This document shows positions 12,287 to 23,870 of a stretch of 64,000 nt of DNA, one piece after another (positions within the stretch are counted from its first letter, which is position 1; each line of letters begins with the position of its first letter). The translations under genes were made by a program, and so were the position numbers. Source of the stretch: Mobula hypostoma (taxonomy: Eukaryota); contig NC_086114.1 of assembly GCF_963921235.1 (NCBI RefSeq), positions 16,120,001-16,184,000 of the forward strand, written 5' to 3'. The notes beneath the pieces were generated by a model that had not been told where the DNA came from, searched no databases, and saw only the letters and a list, made by a program, of their open reading frames with translations.

Positions 12287-12858
12287 CACTCAGTGGCCAT
12301 TTATTAGGTACACCTGCACACCTGCTCATTAATGCAAATATCTAATCAGCCAATCATGTGGCAGAAACTCAATGCATAAAAGCATGTAGACATAGTTAGG
12401 AGGTTCAGTTCTTGTTCAGACCAAACATCAGAATGGGGAAGAAATGTGAATTAAGTTACTTTGACTATGGGATGTTTGCTGGTGCCAGTCAGGGTGATCT
12501 GAGTATCTCAGCAACTGATCTGAGATTTTCATGCACAACAGTCTCTACAGTTTATAGAGAATGGTGTGAAAAACAAGAAAAAAAAATACAGTGAGCGGCA
12601 GTTCTGTGGGTGAAAAAGCCTTGTTAACGAGGGCAGTCAGGGGAGAATGGCCAGATTGGTTCAGACTAACAGGAAGATGACAGCAACTCAAACAACCACT
12701 CTACTGCACAACAGTGCTGTGTAGCAGAGCATCTCCGAATGCACAACATGTCGAACCCTGAAGTGGATGGGCTACAGCAGCAGATGTCTACACTAGGTTC
12801 CACTCCTATGGCCACTTTATTGGGTACTCTCCTGTACCTAATAAAGCAGCCACCGAGT
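12287..12858 (+). mobile_element. Internally deleted Tc1/mariner DNA transposon with both TIRs
   Basis: TA-CACTCAGTGGCCATTTATTAGGTACA...TGTACCTAATAAAGCAGCCACCGAGT; transposase N-terminus MGKKCELSYFDYGMFAGA..LSISATD..FSCTTVSTVYREW. Confidence 0.85.
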
Positions 12859-13544
12859 ATCAGCTGGCTTGCCCATTATTTTAGTGAGGGACTTACTAAT
12901 TAAAAAAGCACCAGAATTAACTCCTCTACCAAATTGGGAATGGAATATTTCAAGACATATGCACTAATCACTTCCACTTTACTAAAATTAAAATGGTGAT
13001 ATTCTCCAAAATTTCTTTCTGGATGCATTTCAGGCACTCAAAACACAAGACTGTGGAAATATTCATCTTTTCTTAATGGCACCACATGCAATTTTAACTT
13101 GAAGGGTTACAGAACTCATGTCAAGGCTACATCCACCATGGGGTGCCTGAGAATCACACACGATGTTACCATGGAGATAACACCTCTTTAATGTTTAATG
13201 ATATTCAACGGCATGTAAGATAATAAAAGCAACACTAGAAATAGATGCTTTCCATCTTAGGTCAATCAGCTTAATTATTTGTGCTTTCTATAAATATCAG
13301 TGGAGGAAAGATTGGGTTTACAATCTCTGCACCGAGATGCATCACATGACTGTTACTAATGAAAGGCAGCTTTGGCTTCTGTTGAAGGTTAACCTGTGCT
13401 CAGAATCGCTAGAGAAAGAATGCAGCAAGATGTGATTGAACTAGACATACAACGGACACCCTGCCTTGCGAGTGAGCTCCGCAGCACCATCCGTATGTGG
13501 TCCACTCGCAAGGAAGGACAATAGCTTCCTCCGAGGTGACAGGA

Positions 13545-14230
13545 GAGAGATCAGAAGTGTAGAGAGTGAACAATTTCAAGTTCCTGAGTGTCAATATTTC
13601 GGAGGATCTAGTCTAGTCCCAAGTATAGATGCAGCTATAAAGAACGCAAGAGAGTGGCTATATTTTTTTTAAATCCGGAGTTTGAGGAGATTTGGTTTGT
13701 CACTTAAAACACTCTACAGATGTACAATGGTGAGCATTCTGACTGGCTGCATCACTGTCTGGTATGGGGGACAGGGGCTACTGCACAGGATCAAAGTAAG
13801 CTGCAGAGAGTTGTAAAATTAGTCAGCTCCATCATGGGTACTAGCCTCCGTACTATCTAAGACATCTTCAAGGAGCGGTGCCCCAGAAAAGCGGCTTCCA
13901 TCATCAAGGAGCCCCACCACTCAGGACATGCCCTCTTCTCACATTACCATCAGGAAGGAGCTACAGATGTCTGAAGGCACACATTCACTGATTCAGGGAC
14001 CCCTTCTTCCCTTCTGCCATCTATTTTCTAAACGGGCATTGAACCCATGAACACTACCTCACTTCTTTTAATTTTACTTACCTTAGTTTACCTATTTAAT
14101 ATACACATATATACTTACTGTAATTCAGTTTTTTTCTCTCTTTATCATGTATTACATTGCATTGCTGCCGCAAAGTTAAAAAATTTCACGACATATGCCG
14201 GTGATATGAAACCTGATTTTGATTCTAACA
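13545..14230 (+). mobile_element. Rex1/Babar-clade LINE 3' fragment
   Basis: FKFL.V.I....W, ILTGCITVWYG..AQDQSKLQRVV, ..LPSGRSYRCLKAH.., AT-rich tail. Confidence 0.75.
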
Positions 14231-14909
14231 TCACAGTAGCATAGTGGTTGTGCAATGCTATTACGGCTCAAGGTGTCAGAGTTCAATTCCAGTGCTGTCT
14301 GGAATGACTTTGTATGTCCTCCCCATGAACACTTGGGTTTCCCGCGGGTGCTCTGGTTTCCACCCACATTCCACAGACATACTGGTCAGTAAGTTAACTG
14401 GTCATTGTAAATTGTCCCGTGATTAAGCTCCAGTGAAAAAGGTGGGTTACTGGGTGGTGCAGCTCGGTGGACCAGAAGGGCCTGTTCCACGCCAAATTAA
14501 TCTGTCAAAGATAGAGGTGAATCTCTTTCTCAACCCAAATTACTTTCACATCAATGAACATTGTTGATGGTTTATACAGGAGAGCACCTGGTAAAACCAA
14601 GTGGCAATCCCTCATCCAGGTTCTCAGGAAGTGAAGATCCAATCACAGTTTACTGAGGGATTTGTCCCAAACCAGTATCAAAGTGAGTGACATAACTATG
14701 GTACAAAGTAAAACTCTAAGAACATAAAGTCTGCACTCAACACACATCAAGGTTGCTGGTGAACGCAGCAGGCCGGGCAGCATCTCTAGGAAGAGGTACA
14801 GTCAAAGTTTTGGGCCCAGACCCTTTGCCAGGACTAATTGAAGGAAGAGCTAGTAAGAGATAAAGTCTGCACTGTCAGTTTTATTGCCCTCCTCATAACT
14901 CTTGGAATA

Positions 14910-15300
14910 TTTACCAAGATGCTGCCTGGATTAGACAACATGTTACGAGGATAAACTGAGTGAGTCAGGGCTTTTCTCTTTGGAACAAAGGAGAATGAGA
15001 AGCAACTTGATAGAGGTGTATAAAACGAAAAGAGGCATAGATTGAGTGGACAGCCAACACCTTTGTCCCAAAGCTGCAATAGCTAATGCCAGAGGACATC
15101 CCTTTAAAGGCAATTGAAGGAAAATTCAGAGGATATGTATGTCAGAGACAGCTTCTTCACACGCAGAGTGGCGAATGCCTGGAATGCACTGCCAAGGGTG
15201 GTGGTGGACGCTGATACATTAGGGAGATTTAAGAGACTCTACGATAGGCACAATGTTGAAAGAAAAATGGACAGTTATGGGCTCGATTGATCTCAGAGGA
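14910..15300 (+). mobile_element. CR1 3' fragment
   Basis: TTTACCAAGATGCTGCCTGGATTAGA..TTCACACGCAGAGTGGCGAATGCCTGGAATGCACTGCC (FF.QRV...WNALP). Confidence 0.75.
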
Positions 15301-16019
15301 GGCTAAATCTATTACGTCATTCAGTGCACTGTACAATAAAGACTTTAAACCACTTTGTATACTGCTGTTTATATTATAAATACATGTTGGTATTTATGTA
15401 CATTTTATTCCATATCCGTACTTTAACCTCGAACAATATCTTTATATAATTCTATATAATTATTGAATGTAGCTGTCTTTTGTTGCATATTGTGCCCTGA
15501 CCAACACACCAAATTCCTAATACATGTAAATGTACAGTATATGGCAAATAAAGTTGATCCGTGATCCTTGAAAAGGTTGGCACAACATTTTGAGTGGAAG
15601 GGCCCATACTGTGCTGTACTGGTCTCGGTTCTATTTTGCACATGCCAAACAAACCTTAATCACAGAAATACTGAACTTGGTGGCACACCAGGAATTGAGG
15701 CCCAATTGGTTATTTTGGACTGTTGCAATGGTGATGACAGCCAGACACAGGGTATGGAGGAGGAAGGAATAGAAGGTCTGTTTCCTCCCTCAGATCAGAC
15801 CAAAGGATTGACGTCTAACATCACAACTGCAAGCCCAATGCAACATTACAGCTGGAGAGAGAGCACCACTAACAATGGGACCAGAGAGGTGGTGCTGACA
15901 CAAGACAAATATTCACATTTGTACCTTCAGTACAGATGGGACTCCAGTATTAAGTAAAAAGGTTTGCAACCATCAATTTTGAAATACATGAATAAATAAA
16001 TAGATGACTGTAGTTAATT

Positions 16020-16510
16020 GCAAGAGGCCACTGCACAGGATCGAAACAAGCTGCAGAGAGTTGTAAACTTTATCAGCTCTATCATGGGCCCTAGACTCCG
16101 TCAGATCCAGGACAGCTTCAAGGAGCAATGCCTCAAAAGGGCAGCGTCCATCACTGAGGACCCCATCACCCAGGACAAGCCCTGTTCCCATTGCTACCAT
16201 CAGGAAGGAGGTACAGAAGCCTAAAGGCACACACTCAACAATTCAGAAGCAGCTTCCTCCTCTCCTCTGCCATCTGCCTTCTGAATGGACATTGAACCTA
16301 TGACCACTACCTCATTACTTTTTTATTTCTATTTTTGCACTACTTATTCAGTTTAACTATTATATTTATATACATATGCATATCCACACAGATATACATG
16401 CACTGTGATTCATGGATTGTTTTTAACAGTTAGTTATTGTGTTGTACTGCTGCTGCCAAGTCAACAAATTTCATAATATATGCCATTGATATTAAACGTG
16501 ATTCTGATCG
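16020..16510 (+). mobile_element. Rex1/Babar LINE 3' fragment
   Basis: TAQDRNKLQRVVNFISSIMG..QCLKRAASITEDP..PSGRRYRSLKAHTQ. Confidence 0.75.
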
Positions 16511-16599
16511 ATTCCAAAAGGCAGTATGGATAATGTTCACAATGCTCCGTACAGCTACTAAATTCCTGTAACCTCAATGGCTATTTGTTATTCATCCCG

Positions 16600-16770
16600 G
16601 CAACATACACAAAATGCTGGAGGAACTCAGCGAGCCAGGCATCATCTATAGAAAAAATAGGCGATGTTACTTTTTTTCCCCCATAGATGCTGCCTGGCCT
16701 GCTGGGTTTCTCCAGCATTGTGTGTGTGTGTTGCTTGGATTTCCAGCATCTGCAGATTTTCTCTTGTTTT
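16600..16770. mobile_element. Inverted (hairpin) Penelope-like tail fragment
   Basis: GCAACATACACAAAATGCTGGAGGAACTCAGC...CATCTAT mirrored by ATAGATGCTGCC...CAGCATTGTGTGTGTGTGTTGC. Confidence 0.7.
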
Positions 16771-16929
16771 GTTGTTCATCTGATCCCTTTGACTGTTCCT
16801 TAGATTCAGTGAAAATTTAGTATCTCAGATACCTGGATTAAAGCAAACCTTCTGAGCCACCATGACAGCCTTCCAAACTTCACATAAGTGGGCAGTACCA
16901 GCCCGGCTGAGGGTCACATTCCTTGTCTA

Positions 16930-17545
16930 TCAGGGATCAGAATCAGATTTATTGTCACTGGCAGTGGTCATGAAATTTGTTGTTTTGTGGCAATGGTACA
17001 GTGAAAAGGAATAGCGAGACAGTTTTCACGGGGTCATGGACTGTTCAGAAATCTGATGGCAGAGGGGAACAAAGCTGTTCCTAAAAACGTTGAGTGTGCA
17101 GCTTCAGGCTCCTGTACCTCCTCCCCAATGGCAGTAATGAGAAGAGCGCATGTACCGGATGGTGAGAATCCTTTACGATGGGAGTCAGCTTTTTGAGGCA
17201 TCACGTTTTAAAGATGTTCTTGATGACGGGGAAGGGTTGCGCCCATGATGGGCTGGCAGACCCTACAAGCTTCTGAAGCATCTCATGATACTGCGCATTT
17301 GCTTTTCCATACCAGACGGTGATGCAACCAGTCAGAATGCTCTTCACGGTAGAGCTGCAGAAATTTGTTGGGAGTCTGGTGACATCTCCTCAAACTCCTA
17401 ATCAGGTACATCCCTTGGCATACCGTCTTTGAATGCATCAATGTGTTGGGGCCAGGTTAAATCCTCTGAGATGTTGATGCCCAAGAACTTGAAGCTGCTC
17501 AGCCTTTCCACTGCTGACCCCTCAATGAGGACGGGTGAGTGTTCA
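16930..17545 (-). mobile_element. Rex1/Babar LINE 3' fragment
   Basis: PVLIEGSAVERLSSFKFLGINISEDLTWPQHIDA. Confidence 0.8.
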
Positions 17546-18364
17546 CAGTACCTCGGTACAAATGAAATTAATATACCAATCCCAATTCCAACTGCTGAGC
17601 GCATCGTAAAATATGCATTACAAGGCAGTATGAAGACTATGGAGTGTACACCACACCACCCAATATTGAATCTGCCTGCGTCAACACACCCATGTTTTCA
17701 TATTACACATCAATTTGTTATTGTTTCAACATGCTCCCTCCTGGCTGATCAACCCTCCCATTTCTGCATGTGGCTTAAAACCGAGCAATCATCAGCAGAT
17801 GGATTCTAAAGGGGCACTGAGCAGAAGCATTACTGGTTGAACTGGTTGCCAAGTAGACAAAGGTAACCTGGCTGCTTAGATCATGAGTGCCCCAGACTTA
17901 CAGGTGGAACTTGGCATGGCTCGCTCAGCGTTGTGAAGGTCAAACTGGTGCAAACCAAGTAGGTAGGGAGCCATAATGACCTGTCCGGTGTGAGGCTCAA
18001 GATCGGAAGTTGAGGCTCAACTTGAAGGCCCGAGGCAAATGAGTGACCAAGCCAAAAAAGCAACTAGTGGAGTAGGATGGAAAGGGCAGAATATGTCATC
18101 AGCCTCTGACTCTTCCTCCACCAGTACTGATTCCTCCTCTAGTCTACTGTAACTCCACTCTTGTGAATGATCTAGAGAAGCAAAAGGCAAGGAGAAGTGT
18201 TGTCTTTATTCATCATCCAAAAACTCCTTACTGCAGAATTAGTCCATGGTGCATGTATGAAAGCATTTGACAATTGTTGATGTGGAAAATGTTAGAGGCA
18301 GGTCACTCAGCCTAACTCGTCCAACTAGCACCTATGCTCTACTGATCCTTTTTCAAACACCAGC

Positions 18365-18755
18365 TGGTGGGCCACTTTAACTGGAATATCATGGAGGCTC
18401 TGGCACAGGCAGGCATGAAGCAGGCATGAAAATTTTTAGAAGCATGGTTCTCTTCTGATAACTCTGTAAACTAGCATATCCAAATAGACACCATCTATGA
18501 ATCCTTAAGAGCCAAAGAAAAGTGAGCCAATAGATTTCAAAGTTCAACTGAAGGGGTAGCCAATCAGGACTGATGAGGCAAGCAAATGGGGGCCTATATA
18601 AATGTGAGAACGCCCAGAGAGAAACACCAACAACTGCACACTGAAGATGTCACCTCGACCAGTGATGAAACCTCAGCAAGATAATTGCCAAACAAAGCGA
18701 ACAGCATAGTATCAAATGCCTCAACCCGAGCCACCAATATTCACCACCATCCTAA
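18365..18755 (+). mobile_element. 3' end of a second Penelope-like element (Poseidon-like GIY-YIG tail plus UTR)
   Basis: HFNWNIMEALAQAGMKQA*KFLEAWFSSDNSVN*HIQIDTIYESLRAK resembles the GIY-YIG C-terminus H.FDW...REFLEAW.S...N.HI.ID.IY. Followed by CCAAT/TATAAA motifs and a hammerhead. Confidence 0.7.
18635..18680 (+). ncRNA. Degenerate hammerhead of a second Penelope-like family
   Basis: CTGAAGA-TGTCAC(CTCGACCA)GTGAT-GAAAC-CTC, downstream of a GIY-YIG ORF tail; stem II differs from the main family. Confidence 0.5.
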
Positions 18756-20719
18756 ATTTTTGCTCCTTTAACCCTGTTACTTCGACATTTTTTAAAGGTG
18801 ACAACAGCCAGATCCACACCCTGGTTGTGAAACTTCCTTCTAAACTCAACTCCTGTTAATCTGCTCTCATTGATGGCCTCTGTTTCCCATCTAACCCATA
18901 AAGAAATGAGAGAAACTCTCCCGTGGACGGGATGGTGCACAGATGGAAAGGTGACACACAGACAGAAGGAAGTCGCGTTTTTTTTAAACCGCCTTATCAC
19001 AGCTCTGAAAAATGCCTGAAATACCTCCCATACAATAAATTATTTCTAAAGCCTGTCACTATAACATAAAAAAACAAACTACTTCAGGCATTTTTTTTCC
19101 AAAGGGTCCATTGCTGAAAAAGTTAAAATTGCACTGTATGTTGTGTTTGAAATATTACCATCTTTCCTTACAACATTGATAGGGGCCATACCACCCACCG
19201 AGTTGACGGCAGCTCAAAACGCAGTCCCCTTCCCCCTCCAATTTTTCCTGTAGACTATTCTTGTCAGATGCCCACTGCTTTCCCAGGGTGCTTTTAACGA
19301 TTTCTTTCAGTTTTTGGATAGGGTCAGCGAACCAGAATGTGGGGGAGAGGGAGAGATGGCATCACTGGATCCAAGGATCAATCACCTGTGTGAATTCCAC
19401 TAGCACTGGGACCCTGCAGTAACATCCCATTAGGCACGTTACTAGGACCTCAATGGGAATTACTTTGTTGTTGAGCGTGGCTTCACGTCAAAGCTTCCCT
19501 TGTTTACTATGGCATTATCGCACTAAAACGTGAAGACCAAACATCTGTTAGATCCAATAAAGTATATCGCTTCAGCAGTGTGGTGAGGGTTGAGAGCACT
19601 CCACCAGCTGGTTTTTAATGTAATCCTTATGCCATCAGCATTAAAACAGTGACCCTTAGAAAGCCTCCAGATTGTCAGGGATAAACACCACATTGTGCTG
19701 GGTCATTATGAAATGACAGCAAGAAGCTGTTATTTTTCTTAACAAATTAAAAAAGGCCTGACCCACATTATGACTCCTCCCCAGAATCCTTCTATCTCCT
19801 ACCCTGGCCATTCCCTTCTACTTTATAGAAGTTGTAGCTCAAAAGCCCGTACGACCAGACTCAAGAATATCACAGAGATGTGAATACAGGCCAGCCCTAC
19901 TGCAAGTCTCCCCTCTGTGGAGTCTTTTCTACACGTCCCACACCTTGGGGAAAGTGGTGCATTTCAGGGACCCCTTCCCATCCCCGCCATTCTCTCTGCT
20001 CTTCCCCTCCGTCAGGCAGAAGATACAAAAGTTTGAAAGCGCACACCGCCATGCTCAATGACAGCTTCTGTCCCACTGTTTTAAGAATCTAGAATGGGCT
20101 TCCTGTACAATATAGATGAAATCTTGATCCCTCAATCTACCTCGTCTAGTGACATCTTATCTGCACTGCACTTTCTCTGTAGCTATAACACTTTATTCTG
20201 CTTTCTGTTATCGCTTTCCCTTGTACTGCCTCAATGTACTGTACTTGCTTAGAATGATCTGTCTGGATTTCATGAAAAAAATGCTTTACACTGAATCTTA
20301 GTACATATGACAATAATATACCAACCACCCACTATTGTCAGATATCTGAACCAACTGCCTCTTTCACATCACCCTCCGGGGGGGGGTTGCTGCCTCATCT
20401 CAAACCCTGAATTCCACCTCTTTGCTATTGTCACTTCATCATTTCTTTTGGGATGACCTCCATCTGCACTACTGGACTTTGCACTCATTACTGTGTTTAA
20501 CTGTATTAACACCATGTATACTGTTTACTCTGGAGCAAGAAATTCCGTTACACCCTGGTGTCTATGACAATAAACAAAACTGAAGCTGAATTTCCAGGTA
20601 CCTACAATCCCAGTTCAATCAGCCATCCACCCTCTCTCATCAACGCGACTCCAAAAGCCAAGCCTCACCACCTGAACAGGTTAAGCAACTGATCTAGTTT
20701 AGCAAACAACTCATCATTG

Positions 20720-21270
20720 AATTTCAATTTAAATCTTACACTCATTCCACAACGCGAGGGAGTAAAAATCTTTGTGTTATGACTCTGTTGCAATGTACAG
20801 ACATGTGAATTTAAAAGACTAATGGCTTGTAGAAAGAAGCTGTCCTGTAGCCTGTTGGTCCTGGCTTTTATGCTGCAGTACCATTGCCAGACGGAAGGAG
20901 CTAAAACAGTTTATAGTTGGGGTGACTGGTGTCCCTGATGATCTTCCAGGCCTTCTTTATGCACCTGCTGCTATAAATGTCCTCAATGGAGGGAAGTTCA
21001 CATCCACAGATGCGCTGGGCTGTCTGTATCACCCTCTGCAGTGCCCAGCGATCAAGGTTGGTGTAGTTCCCGTATCAGGCAGTGATACAGCTAGTCAGGA
21101 TGCTCTCAATGGTGCCCCTACAGAAAGTCTAGAGGATTTTGGGTCTCATGCCAAATTTCTTCAGTCGCCTGAGATGGAAGAGATGATGTTGTGCTTTTTT
21201 TTGCCAAACAGACAGTGTGGACAATCCAGGTGAGATCTTCAGTGATGCGTATACCGAGGAACTTGAAACA
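20720..21270 (-). mobile_element. Rex1/Babar LINE 3' fragment
   Basis: KKAQHHLFHLRRLKKFGMRPKIL plus 3' UTR. Confidence 0.75.
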
Positions 21271-21609
21271 AAGTAAATTGCCACTAAACAAAAGACTTTC
21301 TGATCAATTACTGCCTGCATCAGGGGGGAAGCATCCCCCCCCCCCGCCTTTCCACCTACTACCCCAGGAATAGTTACGGCTTTCTAGTCGGGATTGACTC
21401 AGCCGTGCTTTGATTACACCAAAGTTAAAAGAGTCGAGTCTCACTGCAGATGTAGAGCACCAAAATCTCTAGGCTGACGCTCCAGACGTGTATTGTACTA
21501 ACTTTTAGATGAGGTATTAAGCCAGTGCTCCCAATCCCCTTTCGGGCAGACAAGAACACAAACTACCATGAGATCACTCCGAGAAGAACCCACAACGTTC
21601 AAGCCATTA

Positions 21610-23015
21610 TTTATCGCTCATCCATTCCAGTAGCACGTTGAGCGGTGATGCTGGTTCACACTTCAGTGACCAAGGTTCAACCCTACACGCTACTGCTGTC
21701 TTTGCAGAGGTTGCACGTTTTCGCTGTGACGATGTTGGCTCTCTGCCTACTCTGGATCTTTTCATCTCTAATTGCTGGCGTGACACCTTCCCTGGTAACA
21801 CTCCCCAACTCTTCCTGCACTACACTGCTGACTACATCTGAGCTGCTTCATGCACCCATGCTGAGCTCATCAATTTCATCAAATCTGACACCTCTCTTCC
21901 CTTTCTCTATCTTTCTGTCTCCAGCTCTGGAGACAAACTGTCTACCAACATGTTTTATAAATCCAACAATTCCCAAAGCTATCTCTTCTTATTCTGTCTC
22001 CTATAAAAATACTATTCCATTTTCTCAGTTCCTCTGTCTCCACCACATCTGTTCCCAGGATGTGGGTTTCCTTTTCAGGACATCAGAGTTATATTTCTTC
22101 TTCAAAGGATGGGGTTTCCCTTCCTCCACCACTGACGCTGCCCTCTCTTGCTTCTCCTCCAGTTCCTGGACATGCGCGCTCACCCCATCTCCCCGCCAAA
22201 TTAACAGAGGCAGAGCTCCTCTTGTCCTCACCTACCACCCCATGAGGTTCCTCATCCAATCCACCATTCTCTACTTCTGCCATCTTCAATGAGATCCTAC
22301 CACCAAACACACCTTTACTACCCACCTCCCCCACACTCTGCTTTCCACAGGGATCACACCCTCCATGATGCCCTGTCCATTCGTCACCCCCCACTATCTC
22401 ACTCATAGCACATATCGGTGCAAGCAACAGAAATGTTGCACCTGCCCTTTCACCCCCCCCCACCCGCCTTACCTCCATTCTGGGCCTCAAACATCCTTCC
22501 AGGTGAGGCAACACTTCACTTGCCTTGTCACTCCATCTGTCAAAAGCACAATTTCCCAGTGGCCAAACATTTTAATTCCAATCCCCACACCCATTCCAAC
22601 ATGTCGGTCTATGGTCTCCTCTTTTGTCAGAACGCCACTCTCAGGATGGAGGAGCAACACCTCATATTTCGTCTGGGTAGCCTCCAACCTGATGGCATGA
22701 ACATTGATTTCCCCTTCCAGTATTTTTCCCCCTCCCCCTTCCCCACTCTGGCCTCTCACCCTCTTCTCCTCACCTATCACCCCTCCCTGGTGCCCCTCCT
22801 TCTTCCCTTTCCTCTCCTAACAGATTCCTTCTTCTCCAGCCCTTTACCTTTGCCACCCACCTGGTTTCACCTATCACCTTCTAGATAGTCCTCCTACCCC
22901 TCCCCCCACCTTTTTATTCCGGCATCTTCCCCCTTCCTTTCCAGTCCTGAAGAACAGTCTCACCCCAAACCATCAACAGTTTTATTCATTTCCATAGATG
23001 CTGCCTAACCTGTTA
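21610..23015 (+). mobile_element. Internally deleted, decayed Penelope-like retroelement (RT + GIY-YIG, Neptune-like) with terminal repeat
   Basis: Frameshifted pieces: FLHYTADYI (YIDD region), KNTIPFSQFLCLHHICS (PLE RT IP.SQFLRLRRICS), PLVLTYHP, Cys linker TYRCKQQKCCTCPF, FQVRQHFTC, PVAKHFNSNPH, EEQHLIFRLGSLQPDGMNIDF. Followed by a pyrimidine-rich UTR and a decayed hammerhead near 22945. Confidence 0.85.
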
Positions 23016-23469
23016 TTCCATCTCATCTAAATTAACATCTCCCTTAACCCCATTCTCCTGCCTTCTCGCTATAAATATACATAATGATTTGGCCTCCCCA
23101 GCTGTCGGTGGCAATGAATTCCACAGATTCACCCCCTCTGGCTAAAGAAAACCCTCCTCATCCTCCAGGGTCCCCTCTGACAGAAAAAGTTGCAAATACT
23201 TCAGCTTCATCTTCAACATGTGCTCCTAGATATTCCTGGAGACTCATTTTCACACCACCTTTACCCATACTTTTAATGATTAGAACCTTGGAGCTTTGCT
23301 TCAGGTCCTGGTTTCTGCCCTGATTCGCAATGCTGTCTGTTTGGTGTTTGCACATTCTTCCTGCAACTGCATGTATTTCCACCAGGTGTCCTCTCATAAC
23401 CCAAAGACCAACAGTAGGGTTGATTAATTGGACCCCATCCCACCCCCAGTGTAGGTGCTGAGTCACAAG

Positions 23470-23870
23470 AGATTTTACAGATGCTGAAAGTCCTCAGCAG
23501 CACAAACAGAAGCTTGCTGCACAAACACTGCAAGTCAGGCAGCAGTCAACATTTTGGACTGAGACCCTCCATCAGGACCGGAAAGTAAGAGAGCAGGAGC
23601 CAGAATAAGGCTGCCGGGGGGGGGGGGGGGGGCGGAGGGTAAGGAGTACAAGCTGGCAGGTACGAAGTGAGACCAGTTGAGGGGGAAGGAGAGTGGGTGA
23701 AGGTGGATGAAGTAAGAAGCTGGGAGTGGATAGTTGGAAGACATAAAGGACTGAAGAAGGAATGTCCTAGGAGAGTGGACCATGGAAGTAAGGGAAGAAG
23801 GAGGGGAACCAAAGGGAGGTAATGACACAGCAAGAAATAAAGGAGTGAGAGGGTACCCAGTGCCAAAATT
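23470..23870 (-). mobile_element. Penelope-like terminal repeat, decayed
   Basis: Reverse complement of the CT-rich UTR, decayed hammerhead (23545-23578) and 3' stem. Confidence 0.65.

Noticed and set aside
18205-18232. Minus-strand KEFLDD match to the ARID domain start
   Set aside because: Followed by E-stop and lacks LYELD and LF.FMQKRG; a chance match.
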